Shown here: positions 16,837 to 25,119 of the stretch, piece after piece
Position numbering within the stretch: the first letter of the stretch is position 1
Layout: each line of letters begins with the position of its first letter
Assembly (NCBI GenBank): GCA_049976305.1
Contig: JBMFIM010000006.1
Location: 1-44,299 of the forward strand
From: Candidatus Micrarchaeia archaeon
Lineage (GTDB): Archaea; Micrarchaeota; Micrarchaeia; Micrarchaeales; CABMGC01
Length of the DNA: 44,299 nucleotides
Reading direction: 5' to 3'
Notes under the pieces: generated by a model
Databases searched by the model: none
What the model saw: only the letters and a program-made list of their open reading frames with translations
Told to the model about the DNA's origin: nothing
Program-made: the position numbers and the translations under genes

Positions 16837-17526
16837 ATGGACCAGCTCGAAGAGAGAATATCTGGAGAGATAACAATGAGCGATGCGCCAGGAACTACTA
16901 TGAAGAAATGGCGTGAAATATTTGGCATATCGCAAGTGGAGCTTTCCAAGTATTTGAAGATATCCCCCTCTACAATAAGCGACTATGAAGGCAATAGAAG
17001 AGCAAGCCCTGGTGTAAACGTCGTCAAGAGGTTTGTGCACGCGCTTGTGCAAATAGACCAGGAGCGAGGCGGAAGCGTTATAAGGAACTTGCAGAAGCTT
17101 GAAGCCAAGTCCGAAGAAACAAATTACTACTATCTTCATGACTTCTCAGCTCCAATAACAGGCGTTGACTTTGCAAGGCAAATAGAGGCAAAGATAATAA
17201 CAAATCCCAACTACCTCGATACCATGAAGCTCTTTGGCTACACAATTCTAAATAGCCTAAAGGTCATTCTCGAGATATCGCCAAGCGAGTATCCAAGGCT
17301 ATTCGGCTCTACGTCAGAGCGTGCCTTTATTTTTGATGAGGTAAGCACCGGCAGGTCCCCAATGGTGGTTGTGCGCGTAGCACCGATAAAACCTAAGATA
17401 GTGGTAATACTCAACCTTGACAATGTGGACAAGCTTGCAGTGAAAATCTCTCAAATAGAGCACGTTCCATTGCTGACTACAAAGCTAAGCGCCGAAGAAA
17501 TAAAGCTCAGGCTTGGAAATATTTAG
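16837..17526 (+). CDS. Conserved archaeal XRE-family HTH transcriptional regulator (COG1709-like)
   Basis: ISGEITMSDAPGTTMKKWREIFGISQVELS...SPSTISDYEGNRRASPG; ERAFIFDEVSTGRSPMV. Confidence 0.88.
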   Translation: MDQLEERISGEITMSDAPGTTMKKWREIFGISQVELSKYLKISPSTISDYEGNRRASPGVNVVKRFVHALVQIDQERGGSVIRNLQKLEAKSEETNYYYLHDFSAPITGVDFARQIEAKIITNPNYLDTMKLFGYTILNSLKVILEISPSEYPRLFGSTSERAFIFDEVSTGRSPMVVVRVAPIKPKIVVILNLDNVDKLAVKISQIEHVPLLTTKLSAEEIKLRLGNI

Positions 17527-18412
17527 TAGGATTTTTACCCCGCATTTTCCTTCCGAGGTCGAACATTGCTTCATGCATTATTCCGTCATAAAAGTAGGTT
17601 TTTCTCTTTAGCAGCTTTCTTAGCCTATTGTCTACCTCTTCTGCAGACATGTCTTCGGGCTTTATATAGTCAGAGCCGTATGTGGCGCTCCATGGTTCAT
17701 CGAATGAAACTATGAAAGGCATTACATATGTCGCACTGTTCTTAAAAACATGAGAGATGTTCGACCTTATCGCAAGCAACCTTTCCTCAACCCCGTACAG
17801 CACCGAAGATGACTGTGTCACTATGGAGCCCCCTTCGTTAAGAATTCCTTTCAGTTTTGCGTAGAATTCTTTGCTATAGAGAGCATAGGATTTGTTTCCT
17901 TCAGCAAGGTCTGTCAGATCGAGTATTATTGCATCAAATTTTTCATTAGTTCTGCTTATAAACTTCTTTCCATCGTCTATTACTACCTTAGCCCTTGGGT
18001 CTTCAAATGCACCATCGCTCATGTTCGGCAAATATTTCTTGCTCAGCGCTATTACCTTATCGTCGAGATCTACCATTACTGCTTCCTTTACGCTTTTGTA
18101 CTTCAGCACCTCTCTTAATGTAGCGCCTTCGCCGCCACCGATAATTAGAACCTTTTCAGGGTTTCCATTCGCTATAAGAGTTGGATGCACTAGGCTTTCA
18201 TGATATATTCGTTCGTCGAATTCGCTGCTTTGAATGTCGCCATCTATCACTAGCGTCTTTCCTAGGAGTGGAAGCTCGTATATGCTTATCTCCTGATATT
18301 TGCTTCTTGCATTTGCAACGCTCTTTTTTATTTTAAACAAGTGCCTGCCGATTGGGCTAGTTTCTACCAGCCATTTTCCTGTAGTCTCTCGCATGATTGT
18401 TTTGCGCATCAA
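17507..18412 (-). CDS. speE: Spermidine synthase / polyamine aminopropyltransferase
   Basis: SKYQEI, LVIDGDIQSSEFDERIYHESLVHP, VLIIGGGEGATLREVLK, FDAIILDLTD. Confidence 0.93.
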   Translation of the reverse strand: MMRKTIMRETTGKWLVETSPIGRHLFKIKKSVANARSKYQEISIYELPLLGKTLVIDGDIQSSEFDERIYHESLVHPTLIANGNPEKVLIIGGGEGATLREVLKYKSVKEAVMVDLDDKVIALSKKYLPNMSDGAFEDPRAKVVIDDGKKFISRTNEKFDAIILDLTDLAEGNKSYALYSKEFYAKLKGILNEGGSIVTQSSSVLYGVEERLLAIRSNISHVFKNSATYVMPFIVSFDEPWSATYGSDYIKPEDMSAEEVDNRLRKLLKRKTYFYDGIMHEAMFDLGRKMRGKNPTKYFQA

Positions 18413-18460
18413 AAGTTAAAATACCAAACGTCAAACAAACTATCGGCTTGCATTCGAAAT

Positions 18461-20011
18461 TCAATACCTAAGTATGGGCATCGATTTCACTTTATCTCCG
18501 TTAAAGGCGTATTGGCCTTTGCCGCTTTCATCTACATAAAGAAGCTTGAAGCCCTCGTTTGAGAACTTGTTTTTCAACACTTGCCTGTCTATTTCTGCAA
18601 GGGTCGTGCCATTTGCATATGCTTCCTTCCCTCTTTCAATTTCGTTTTTTCTTATTAGCCTTTCATGCAGTTCTTTGTATTCCTCAACGCTTATTTCAAT
18701 CCTGTTCTCTAAGGCGCTTATGTCCATGTATTTCTCAGCATCTTTGCCTATGCATAAAGGCTCGTATATGGCTACTGTAGAGCCTGCTCCACTGCCATAA
18801 GACATCATGATTATCGGCTTTATCTTCTCAGCGCTTCTAAGAAGGCTCATAAGTGCCACTATTATGGAGTTGTTATAAGAGTTTCCTATTCTCGAAGGCA
18901 ACCCTATGGCTTTGTCGAGTCCTATTTCTCTGGCAAATTTGTTGAAACCTTCGGTTTGCCTTACTTTCTTGTGGAACGCCCAAAGCTTTGCTATTTCCTC
19001 GCTGTTGCTCAAGTGCTCTACCAAGTCTTTCCCATTAGCTTGGTCGGTATAGCTTCTTACAACTTTTGTAAAAAGCTCGAGCGCATTGCTAGCATTTCCT
19101 ATGGGCTCCTTTTCTCCAAGCTGTTGCTCCAGCTCAGCGATCTTGCCTTGGCTTCTAAGCAGGTGCACGTATAGTATGCTTGCTAGGTAGTATGCCTCTT
19201 TTGGGAAGGGAACATGGCTTATTGCATAAAAATCTTCAGGTATGCCAAACTTCTCCTCAAAGGCCTTAAACGCTGAAGCTACTGTGATGACATAAGCCAC
19301 TTCAGAGCCATAGCCTGAGGGCACGCGTGGCGTATGCTCATCCGGCTTGTAGAAGTCATACGCAGGCAGGTTGTAGTGCGTAGAGTTGGCAGAAATTTTC
19401 ACCAGCAGCGGATCTTTGGTTATGTATAGCAGAGTGCTTGCAGCACCTTGCGTGGCCTCGGCATTTTTTGCCTTGGCTGAGTCGTACAGGGCTATGTCTG
19501 TGCCGATGACCAAAGCCCCTTCAAGTGTGCCAAGCTCTACTGAATTATTCACAAGCTGAATGGTCTTGAGCAAAGCGGTGCATGCAAACTTTGTTTCGAA
19601 GCTGTCGCTTCTCCTGAAATCTTCTAGCATCATTTCATAAGCTTCTTTTTGCATGCCTGTAGCTGCATCTAGCTTTTTCTTTATTATGGGCTCTACTATC
19701 TCGAGCACAGCCATCGACAATGGCCTGCTTCCTTCCACGCTTGTTTCAGTAGCAAGATATATGCCCCGTATTCTGTGCTGCTTGTAGTGGTTTAAAAGCT
19801 CGCTATTGTTTGCTACGTGCTCCACAAAGCGTAGCAGGTTGTTTGCCGCAAGCGTTACTACTGTATCTGATTCGCCAGCAAACCTAAATTCGTTAACGAG
19901 CAGGCCCTGCCTTATCTTCTCTGCTGGTGAGTTCTGTATTGCAGAGATAGTGTCAGCGGTTACTATGTATCTAGGCACGTCTAAGCCGATGTAGCTTATT
20001 CCACTTGCCAT
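18461..20011 (-). CDS. mvaS: Hydroxymethylglutaryl-CoA synthase (bacterial/haloarchaeal-like, with insertions)
   Basis: ATETSVEGSRP (catalytic Glu), ETKFACT (catalytic Cys), DIALY..AEATQGAA, DFYKP, HVPFPK (His), RIGNSY, SYGSG. Confidence 0.85.
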   Translation of the reverse strand: MASGISYIGLDVPRYIVTADTISAIQNSPAEKIRQGLLVNEFRFAGESDTVVTLAANNLLRFVEHVANNSELLNHYKQHRIRGIYLATETSVEGSRPLSMAVLEIVEPIIKKKLDAATGMQKEAYEMMLEDFRRSDSFETKFACTALLKTIQLVNNSVELGTLEGALVIGTDIALYDSAKAKNAEATQGAASTLLYITKDPLLVKISANSTHYNLPAYDFYKPDEHTPRVPSGYGSEVAYVITVASAFKAFEEKFGIPEDFYAISHVPFPKEAYYLASILYVHLLRSQGKIAELEQQLGEKEPIGNASNALELFTKVVRSYTDQANGKDLVEHLSNSEEIAKLWAFHKKVRQTEGFNKFAREIGLDKAIGLPSRIGNSYNNSIIVALMSLLRSAEKIKPIIMMSYGSGAGSTVAIYEPLCIGKDAEKYMDISALENRIEISVEEYKELHERLIRKNEIERGKEAYANGTTLAEIDRQVLKNKFSNEGFKLLYVDESGKGQYAFNGDKVKSMPILRY

Positions 20012-20076
20012 GGGAATCTATGAAACTTAGCGGGCTAGGCTTTTAAATGTCCATAGCCTATTTGACAAAAGCCGAA

Positions 20077-20460
20077 TTATTTCCTTAGAAGTTTCCCTAT
20101 TAAGAATGAGGTATAGTAGTATTCGGTTGCGTAGCCATTCATTATAGAAAAATGAGGCAATTCCTTAATCTGATCCTTAAATTTGGTATTGATTGCTACC
20201 CTTGCCATCTTGCCTGTGTGGCTGTGGTTCTCAAGCCTTATCTCAAAAAGCGGCTCATGCGAGCTTTCATCATAAAAAGTATAAATAACCTTTTCTACAC
20301 GCTCTATGTCGTCATCAAACCCCTTTTCTTTTGATTCGCTGTATTTCACCTGGCATTCAATTTTTTCTTTCAAGCCCTCGACTGGCTGTTTGAACGCTCT
20401 GATAAATTCGTCGACTGTTTTTTCCATCTCTGGAGTAAGTGGTGGCTTTATGATAAGCAT
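20077..20460 (-). CDS. Hypothetical protein
   Basis: 127-aa ORF filling the gap between the HMG-CoA synthase gene and tRNA-Gly; no motif recognised. Confidence 0.6.
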   Translation of the reverse strand: MLIIKPPLTPEMEKTVDEFIRAFKQPVEGLKEKIECQVKYSESKEKGFDDDIERVEKVIYTFYDESSHEPLFEIRLENHSHTGKMARVAINTKFKDQIKELPHFSIMNGYATEYYYTSFLIGKLLRK

Positions 20461-20551
20461 ATCTGCCTTTTTTAGTTCGCATGTTCCTAATATCCAAAAC
20501 AGAAGAAAATAGAATAAGCAATAAAAATTGAAGCATGCAAAAATATACTGT

Positions 20552-20624
20552 GCGATCGTAGTCTAGCCTGGTAGGACTTTGGCCTTCCAAGCCAAAGACC
20601 CGGGTTCAAATCCCGGCGGTCGCA
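20552..20624 (+). tRNA. tRNA-Gly(TCC)
   Basis: Acceptor GCGATCG/CGGTCGC; anticodon stem TTGGC/GCCAA with TCC at 20586-20588; T arm CCGGG-TTCAAAT-CCCGG. Confidence 0.96.
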
Positions 20625-20634
20625 TGGTGTTTCT

Positions 20635-20910
20635 ATGCCTGCTTTCAAATACCTGATTACTGGCAGGGTGCAAGGAGTAGGTTATAGGAGCTTTGTAGCG
20701 AGGCTTGCAAAGCAATACGGAATTAAAGGGTTTGTGAGAAATATGCCAGGCGGCGAAGTAGAGGTCATTGCTCAAGCTCCTGAAGCAGACGCGCTTATGG
20801 AGTTTGAAAAGGAGCTTGAGAACTATTCGTCAAACGGGGCCTATGTAGAAGCAGTAGAAAAAGAGGCAATCGAAGAAGGGGATTTTGAAGATTTTTCGAT
20901 AAGGTTCTGA
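20635..20910 (+). CDS. acyP: Acylphosphatase
   Basis: ITGRVQGVGYR, GIKGFVRN...GEVEV, FSIR. Confidence 0.95.
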   Translation: MPAFKYLITGRVQGVGYRSFVARLAKQYGIKGFVRNMPGGEVEVIAQAPEADALMEFEKELENYSSNGAYVEAVEKEAIEEGDFEDFSIRF

Positions 20911-22227
20911 CTAGACCTCTATGCTGCTGCCCAGCGACGGCGTGTAGACCTTGTATTTTTTGTCAACTGCTTTTGAAAACTCTGCTATCTTCTGAGGCTC
21001 CCCATGGACTATGACCACGTTTTTTAGCCCTTCGATCCTGCTGATCATGTGCATGAGCGACTGCCTGTCAGCGTGGGCTGAGAGCCTGTACTGCTCTATT
21101 TTCATTTCTATCTTCACCTGCTTGCCATCAAGCTCTATAGTTCTTTCGCCATCAAGTATTTTTCTCCCAGGCGTATCAGGTGCCTGGTAACCTACAAAGA
21201 TGAGCTTGCTATTGGGATCGCCAGCGCTTCTCTGCAGGTACTTTACAATCGGCCCACCTTTGAGCATGCCACTGGTTGTTACTACTATGCTTGCTTCATT
21301 TCCGCTTGCTATCTTTCCTCTTTCTTGCCTGCCTTTTACAATATGGAAAAACTTGCTCTTGAATGGGTCATCTTCGCTCATCAGTATCTGCTTCTGGATC
21401 TCATCCCTGCAGTATATTACATTGTGCCTGTATATGCGCATGGCCTTGTTTATCATGCCGTCTATGTATATGTTTGTTTGCGGCAATATGCCAGAGCGCA
21501 TGTAGTCGTTTAGTATGAAAAGAACTTCTTGTGCCCTGCCTACTGCAAAGCTCGGTATTAATGCCTTGCCGCCTGTAAGTATTGTTTCTTTTATGCTGTT
21601 TATGAATCCGTTTAGCACCTCGCGCTGCGGCGGAAATACGTCTGCATCGCCGCCATAGGTGCTTTCAGTTATCAGCGTGTCAGCCTTTAGGTGTTCTGTG
21701 TATGCCGGGTCCAGGAGCCTGGTGCTCCTCATGTTGAAATCGCCAGTATAGAGAAGGCTTTCGCCTGTGGTAGTGTCCTTTAGCTCTACCATGGCGCTGC
21801 CCAGTATGTGCCCGGCAGGATAGAGCTTAACCTCAAAGTCGCCTATGCGGTAGCTTTTGAAATACTCAAGGAATCTGTGGTGCCTAACCATCTCCTCTGT
21901 GCCGTGCTTGCTAACATCTTTCGGCTTTGACAATCTCAGGTAATCGCTTATTATCACATTAGCCAGCTCAAGAGTAGGCTTTGTTGCGTATACGCTCCCT
22001 GTAAAGCCTTGGGAGTACATATGCGGCAGGTAGCCGCAGTGGTCAAGATGTGCATGCGTTACCACTACCGCGTCTATATCTCCAAAGCCTTCTTTGCTCA
22101 GCAGCGGCATTTCGTTCTGCTGCGCAAGCTTCACGCCTGCATCAAGAAGAATGGTTGTTTCCTTACCATCTACTCTTATGCAGCTTCTTCCTACCTCTCC
22201 AGCTCCTCCATAAAAAGTAATCTTCAA
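20911..22227 (-). CDS. Metallo-beta-lactamase/beta-CASP ribonuclease (CPSF73-like, no KH domains)
   Basis: GGAGEVGRSC, THAHLDHCG, AGHILGSA, YTGDF, ESTYG, FAVGRAQE, TSGMLKGG, GYQAPDT, SAHAD, VHGE. Confidence 0.93.
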   Translation of the reverse strand: MKITFYGGAGEVGRSCIRVDGKETTILLDAGVKLAQQNEMPLLSKEGFGDIDAVVVTHAHLDHCGYLPHMYSQGFTGSVYATKPTLELANVIISDYLRLSKPKDVSKHGTEEMVRHHRFLEYFKSYRIGDFEVKLYPAGHILGSAMVELKDTTTGESLLYTGDFNMRSTRLLDPAYTEHLKADTLITESTYGGDADVFPPQREVLNGFINSIKETILTGGKALIPSFAVGRAQEVLFILNDYMRSGILPQTNIYIDGMINKAMRIYRHNVIYCRDEIQKQILMSEDDPFKSKFFHIVKGRQERGKIASGNEASIVVTTSGMLKGGPIVKYLQRSAGDPNSKLIFVGYQAPDTPGRKILDGERTIELDGKQVKIEMKIEQYRLSAHADRQSLMHMISRIEGLKNVVIVHGEPQKIAEFSKAVDKKYKVYTPSLGSSIEV

Positions 22228-22878
22228 TCAAGCACCGTTAGAATCAGCATTGTTTGAATTCTCGTTGGCATTGTTTTTGCTCTTTTTCTTCTTTATTACA
22301 GCGACATCCTCTAGGCTTATGCTCTGCTGCACCACCTGCGCAGGCCTCTTCCTTTCCTTCTTTACGAACATGCCAAGCTTCTGCTTCAGCTCGTCTATTT
22401 TTGCATTGGCTTCAGCAACGCTTTTGTCTAAGCTCTCTATGCTCTTCTGCAGTTCCTCAATGTCCTTGTCGACAAGCTGGGCCTTGTTTCTCAACTTTTG
22501 CGATTCCAAGGCTTCTTTGAGCTGAGCCTCTACCTCACCGAGCCTCCTTAGCAAAGCCTTCTCATCCTCCAAGGTTCTTGCCTCTGTAGCTATCTTGAAT
22601 TCAAGCACCTCCTTTGCGTGCTTAAGCCTGCCTATGTTTTTGTATTTATCATTGAGCTCGACAAGCTTCTTCAAGGCTTCGCTCTCGCTTTTCTTGTATG
22701 CCAGCCTGTGCCTTAGCCTGTTCAGCTGGCTTATCAACTCCTTCCTTTTTGTGAATGCTTGCTCCAGCTCGTTTTTCAGCAAGGCCTTTGGATCCTGCTG
22801 CTCATTATGCGCTTGCGAGCTCGCAGCTTGAGCTTGGGCTTGCATCTGCATTGCAGGCTTAGGCTCTGCAGGCTGCAT
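22228..22878 (-). CDS. Archaeal coiled-coil protein (COG1340-like)
   Basis: Heptad-rich E/K/L sequence with LEFKIATEARTLEDEKALL. Confidence 0.7.
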   Translation of the reverse strand: MQPAEPKPAMQMQAQAQAASSQAHNEQQDPKALLKNELEQAFTKRKELISQLNRLRHRLAYKKSESEALKKLVELNDKYKNIGRLKHAKEVLEFKIATEARTLEDEKALLRRLGEVEAQLKEALESQKLRNKAQLVDKDIEELQKSIESLDKSVAEANAKIDELKQKLGMFVKKERKRPAQVVQQSISLEDVAVIKKKKSKNNANENSNNADSNGA

Positions 22879-22909
22879 GTTCTGGCTGTTGGCCTTTCCT
22901 GTGTCTTCT

Positions 22910-24076
22910 TTATTGTTGATATTCAGTAAATCGCCCTAGTACGCCTTTGTAAACATCGATAAGCATGTTGGTAGTATTCTCAAGCGAGAATTGTTTAGCA
23001 GTAGAAACTGCCTCTTTCTTATATGCATCACTATTATTTAAAACTATTTCTATTTTCCTTGAGCAGTCAAGGTAATTGCCCGGAGCAAAGAGCTCGCCAT
23101 TCTTGCCCCTTTTTACAAACTCCCTCATTACTTGAGTGTTTGCAGTTACTACCGGCTTGCCTGTAGCCATTGCTTCCAGGCACACAATTCCTTGGGTCTC
23201 AAAATCCGAAGGCAAGCAAAACACTGTGCTTGCAGCATACAAGCTTGGCAAAAGGCTCTGCTGGACAAAGCCTAAGAACTTGACTTTGCCGTCAAGACCA
23301 AGCCTCCTTGCTAACGCCTTCATTCTATCTAGCATAGGGCCAGTACCTCCTATGACTAGCTCAACATCATCCCTTTTTTTCGTTATCTTTGCCATCGCCT
23401 TTAGCAATACGTCAATGCTTTTTTCCTTGCTTACCCTGCCTACATAAAGCACAATCTTCCTGCTGGTGTCAAGGCCGAATGCCTTTATTGCCTTTTCAGG
23501 ATCTACCTTGGTATTGAACGTTTTTGTGTCTATGCCGTTTGGGACTGTGAAGACATTCTTGATCTTCCTTCTTTCAAGCATTGCTTTTACGCTATTGCTT
23601 GGCGCTATTACCGCGTCACATCTTCTGTAGAAGAATTTTGCATATTTCCACATGTATTTCTTGTAAAAGCTTTTGAAGTTTTTAGGCAGATAGACGGATA
23701 CTGAGCTGTCGTTCAGCATTGTATGGAAGGAGCCTACTAAAGGATAGCCGCCGATCTTCGAAGCGAGCAGGCCGTTAAAACCCAGTGCGAACGGCGTTTG
23801 GGCGTGTATCAAGTCTACTTCTAGCTGTTTTAGCTTAAGTATGGAATGATATGGAAAAAGCGCCACGCTGTATTGAGGGTAGGGCTTAAACTTTATGCCC
23901 GTGTGTATGAAAACGTCCTTACGCTCATATTTTTTCTTATCGGCAATTGTGCCTGGGGCAAAGATAAAGACCTTATGGCCCTTTCTTTCAAGCTCCTTCT
24001 TGAAATTTAGCATTGACGTTACGACTCCATCAACAGCAGGTAGATAGGTATCGGAATAGAAAGCAATCTTCAACAT
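22910..24076 (-). CDS. GT4 family glycosyltransferase (monoglucosyl-lipid synthase-like)
   Basis: SDTYLPAVDGVVTS, LIHAQTPF, PNGID, YVGRVSKEKSID, ETQGIVCLEAMATGKPVV. Confidence 0.92.
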   Translation of the reverse strand: MLKIAFYSDTYLPAVDGVVTSMLNFKKELERKGHKVFIFAPGTIADKKKYERKDVFIHTGIKFKPYPQYSVALFPYHSILKLKQLEVDLIHAQTPFALGFNGLLASKIGGYPLVGSFHTMLNDSSVSVYLPKNFKSFYKKYMWKYAKFFYRRCDAVIAPSNSVKAMLERRKIKNVFTVPNGIDTKTFNTKVDPEKAIKAFGLDTSRKIVLYVGRVSKEKSIDVLLKAMAKITKKRDDVELVIGGTGPMLDRMKALARRLGLDGKVKFLGFVQQSLLPSLYAASTVFCLPSDFETQGIVCLEAMATGKPVVTANTQVMREFVKRGKNGELFAPGNYLDCSRKIEIVLNNSDAYKKEAVSTAKQFSLENTTNMLIDVYKGVLGRFTEYQQ

Positions 24077-24082
24077 TCCACC

Positions 24083-24577
24083 TTACTGCGGCCCCGGCTT
24101 TTGGCTCGCTTGTGAAGTGCTTGCATTGGCATTTGCTGCTTTATCGCCCAACCCCATTCCTGTCTCTGCAGCTTTGGTTACTACTATTGCCTCGCCGCCT
24201 GCCTTTCTTATTTTCTCCTCTGCGCCCTTTGAGAATGCGCTAGCCTTTATTATTGCAGGGATTGTCAGCTTGCCACTGCCAAGTACCTTAAAGCCGGTAA
24301 GCTCAACAGTAGGCTTGCCACCTTGTGTTTGCAGCTTTTTAAGCTGGTTGTCTATGCTTCCAAGGTTTATTTCCTTCATCTTTTTCTTAAGGTGGAAAAA
24401 GCCTTTGCTTCTTATTCTCTCCCTTTCATATACCACAATATAGGTGAACTTGTGCTTAACACCGCCCCTTCCTACGCCGCCTCTGTCTCCAGCTCCTCTG
24501 TTGTTCTTTATGTTTCCTGCTCCCCATCTTCTGTTGCCAAGGTACTTCCTAACTTTTTTCTTTATTCTCAATACCAT
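24083..24577 (-). CDS. rpl15: 50S ribosomal protein uL15
   Basis: [12 protein letters not shown]...[36 protein letters not shown]. Confidence 0.95.
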   Translation of the reverse strand: MVLRIKKKVRKYLGNRRWGAGNIKNNRGAGDRGGVGRGGVKHKFTYIVVYERERIRSKGFFHLKKKMKEINLGSIDNQLKKLQTQGGKPTVELTGFKVLGSGKLTIPAIIKASAFSKGAEEKIRKAGGEAIVVTKAAETGMGLGDKAANANASTSQASQKPGPQ

Positions 24578-24579
24578 AA

Positions 24580-24996
24580 TCACACCATCCTATTTATCAG
24601 CTTGTTTATCTCAGCTCCCCTGTAGCCGAGTGCACCTCCTTCTTTGAAATGCTTCTTTATACCTTCATAGCCGTGCTTTGGAGGCCTTAGCCTTATAGGT
24701 AATGGCATGAGCTCGCTTGCTTTCTTTTTTCCAGCCAGCAGGGCATCGATGTCTTCTTTGCTCAATTTTATTTCCTTCTTATCCAAAAGCTTAGAAAGCG
24801 TCTCTTGGCTTATCTCCCCATAGGTTATGTAGTTAATGCATTTCTTTATCATTCCCATATTGGCTGGTGTTGGAAAGACAAGCGAAAGGTTGTTTACATG
24901 AGGAAGCCTCAGCCTTTTCAGGGTCTCAGCAATATCCTTTCTAACTCCTACAGTCCCTCTGACGCGTATCAAGGCAAGTAGCTTGTCGTTATTCAT
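24580..24996 (-). CDS. rpl30: 50S ribosomal protein uL30 (archaeal)
   Basis: IRVRGTVGV...[49 protein letters not shown]. Start placed at ATG 24996. Confidence 0.95.
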   Translation of the reverse strand: MNNDKLLALIRVRGTVGVRKDIAETLKRLRLPHVNNLSLVFPTPANMGMIKKCINYITYGEISQETLSKLLDKKEIKLSKEDIDALLAGKKKASELMPLPIRLRPPKHGYEGIKKHFKEGGALGYRGAEINKLINRMV

Positions 24997-25119
24997 AAAA
25001 ACACGCCACAGAAATTGCATAAATATTTCTCTCTATACTTTATTAATCTTGTTGTTGCTGCACATTACAGATTCAGCTTAATATGTAAATATAAAAACCA
25101 GTAAAGGCTGATTGATAAT

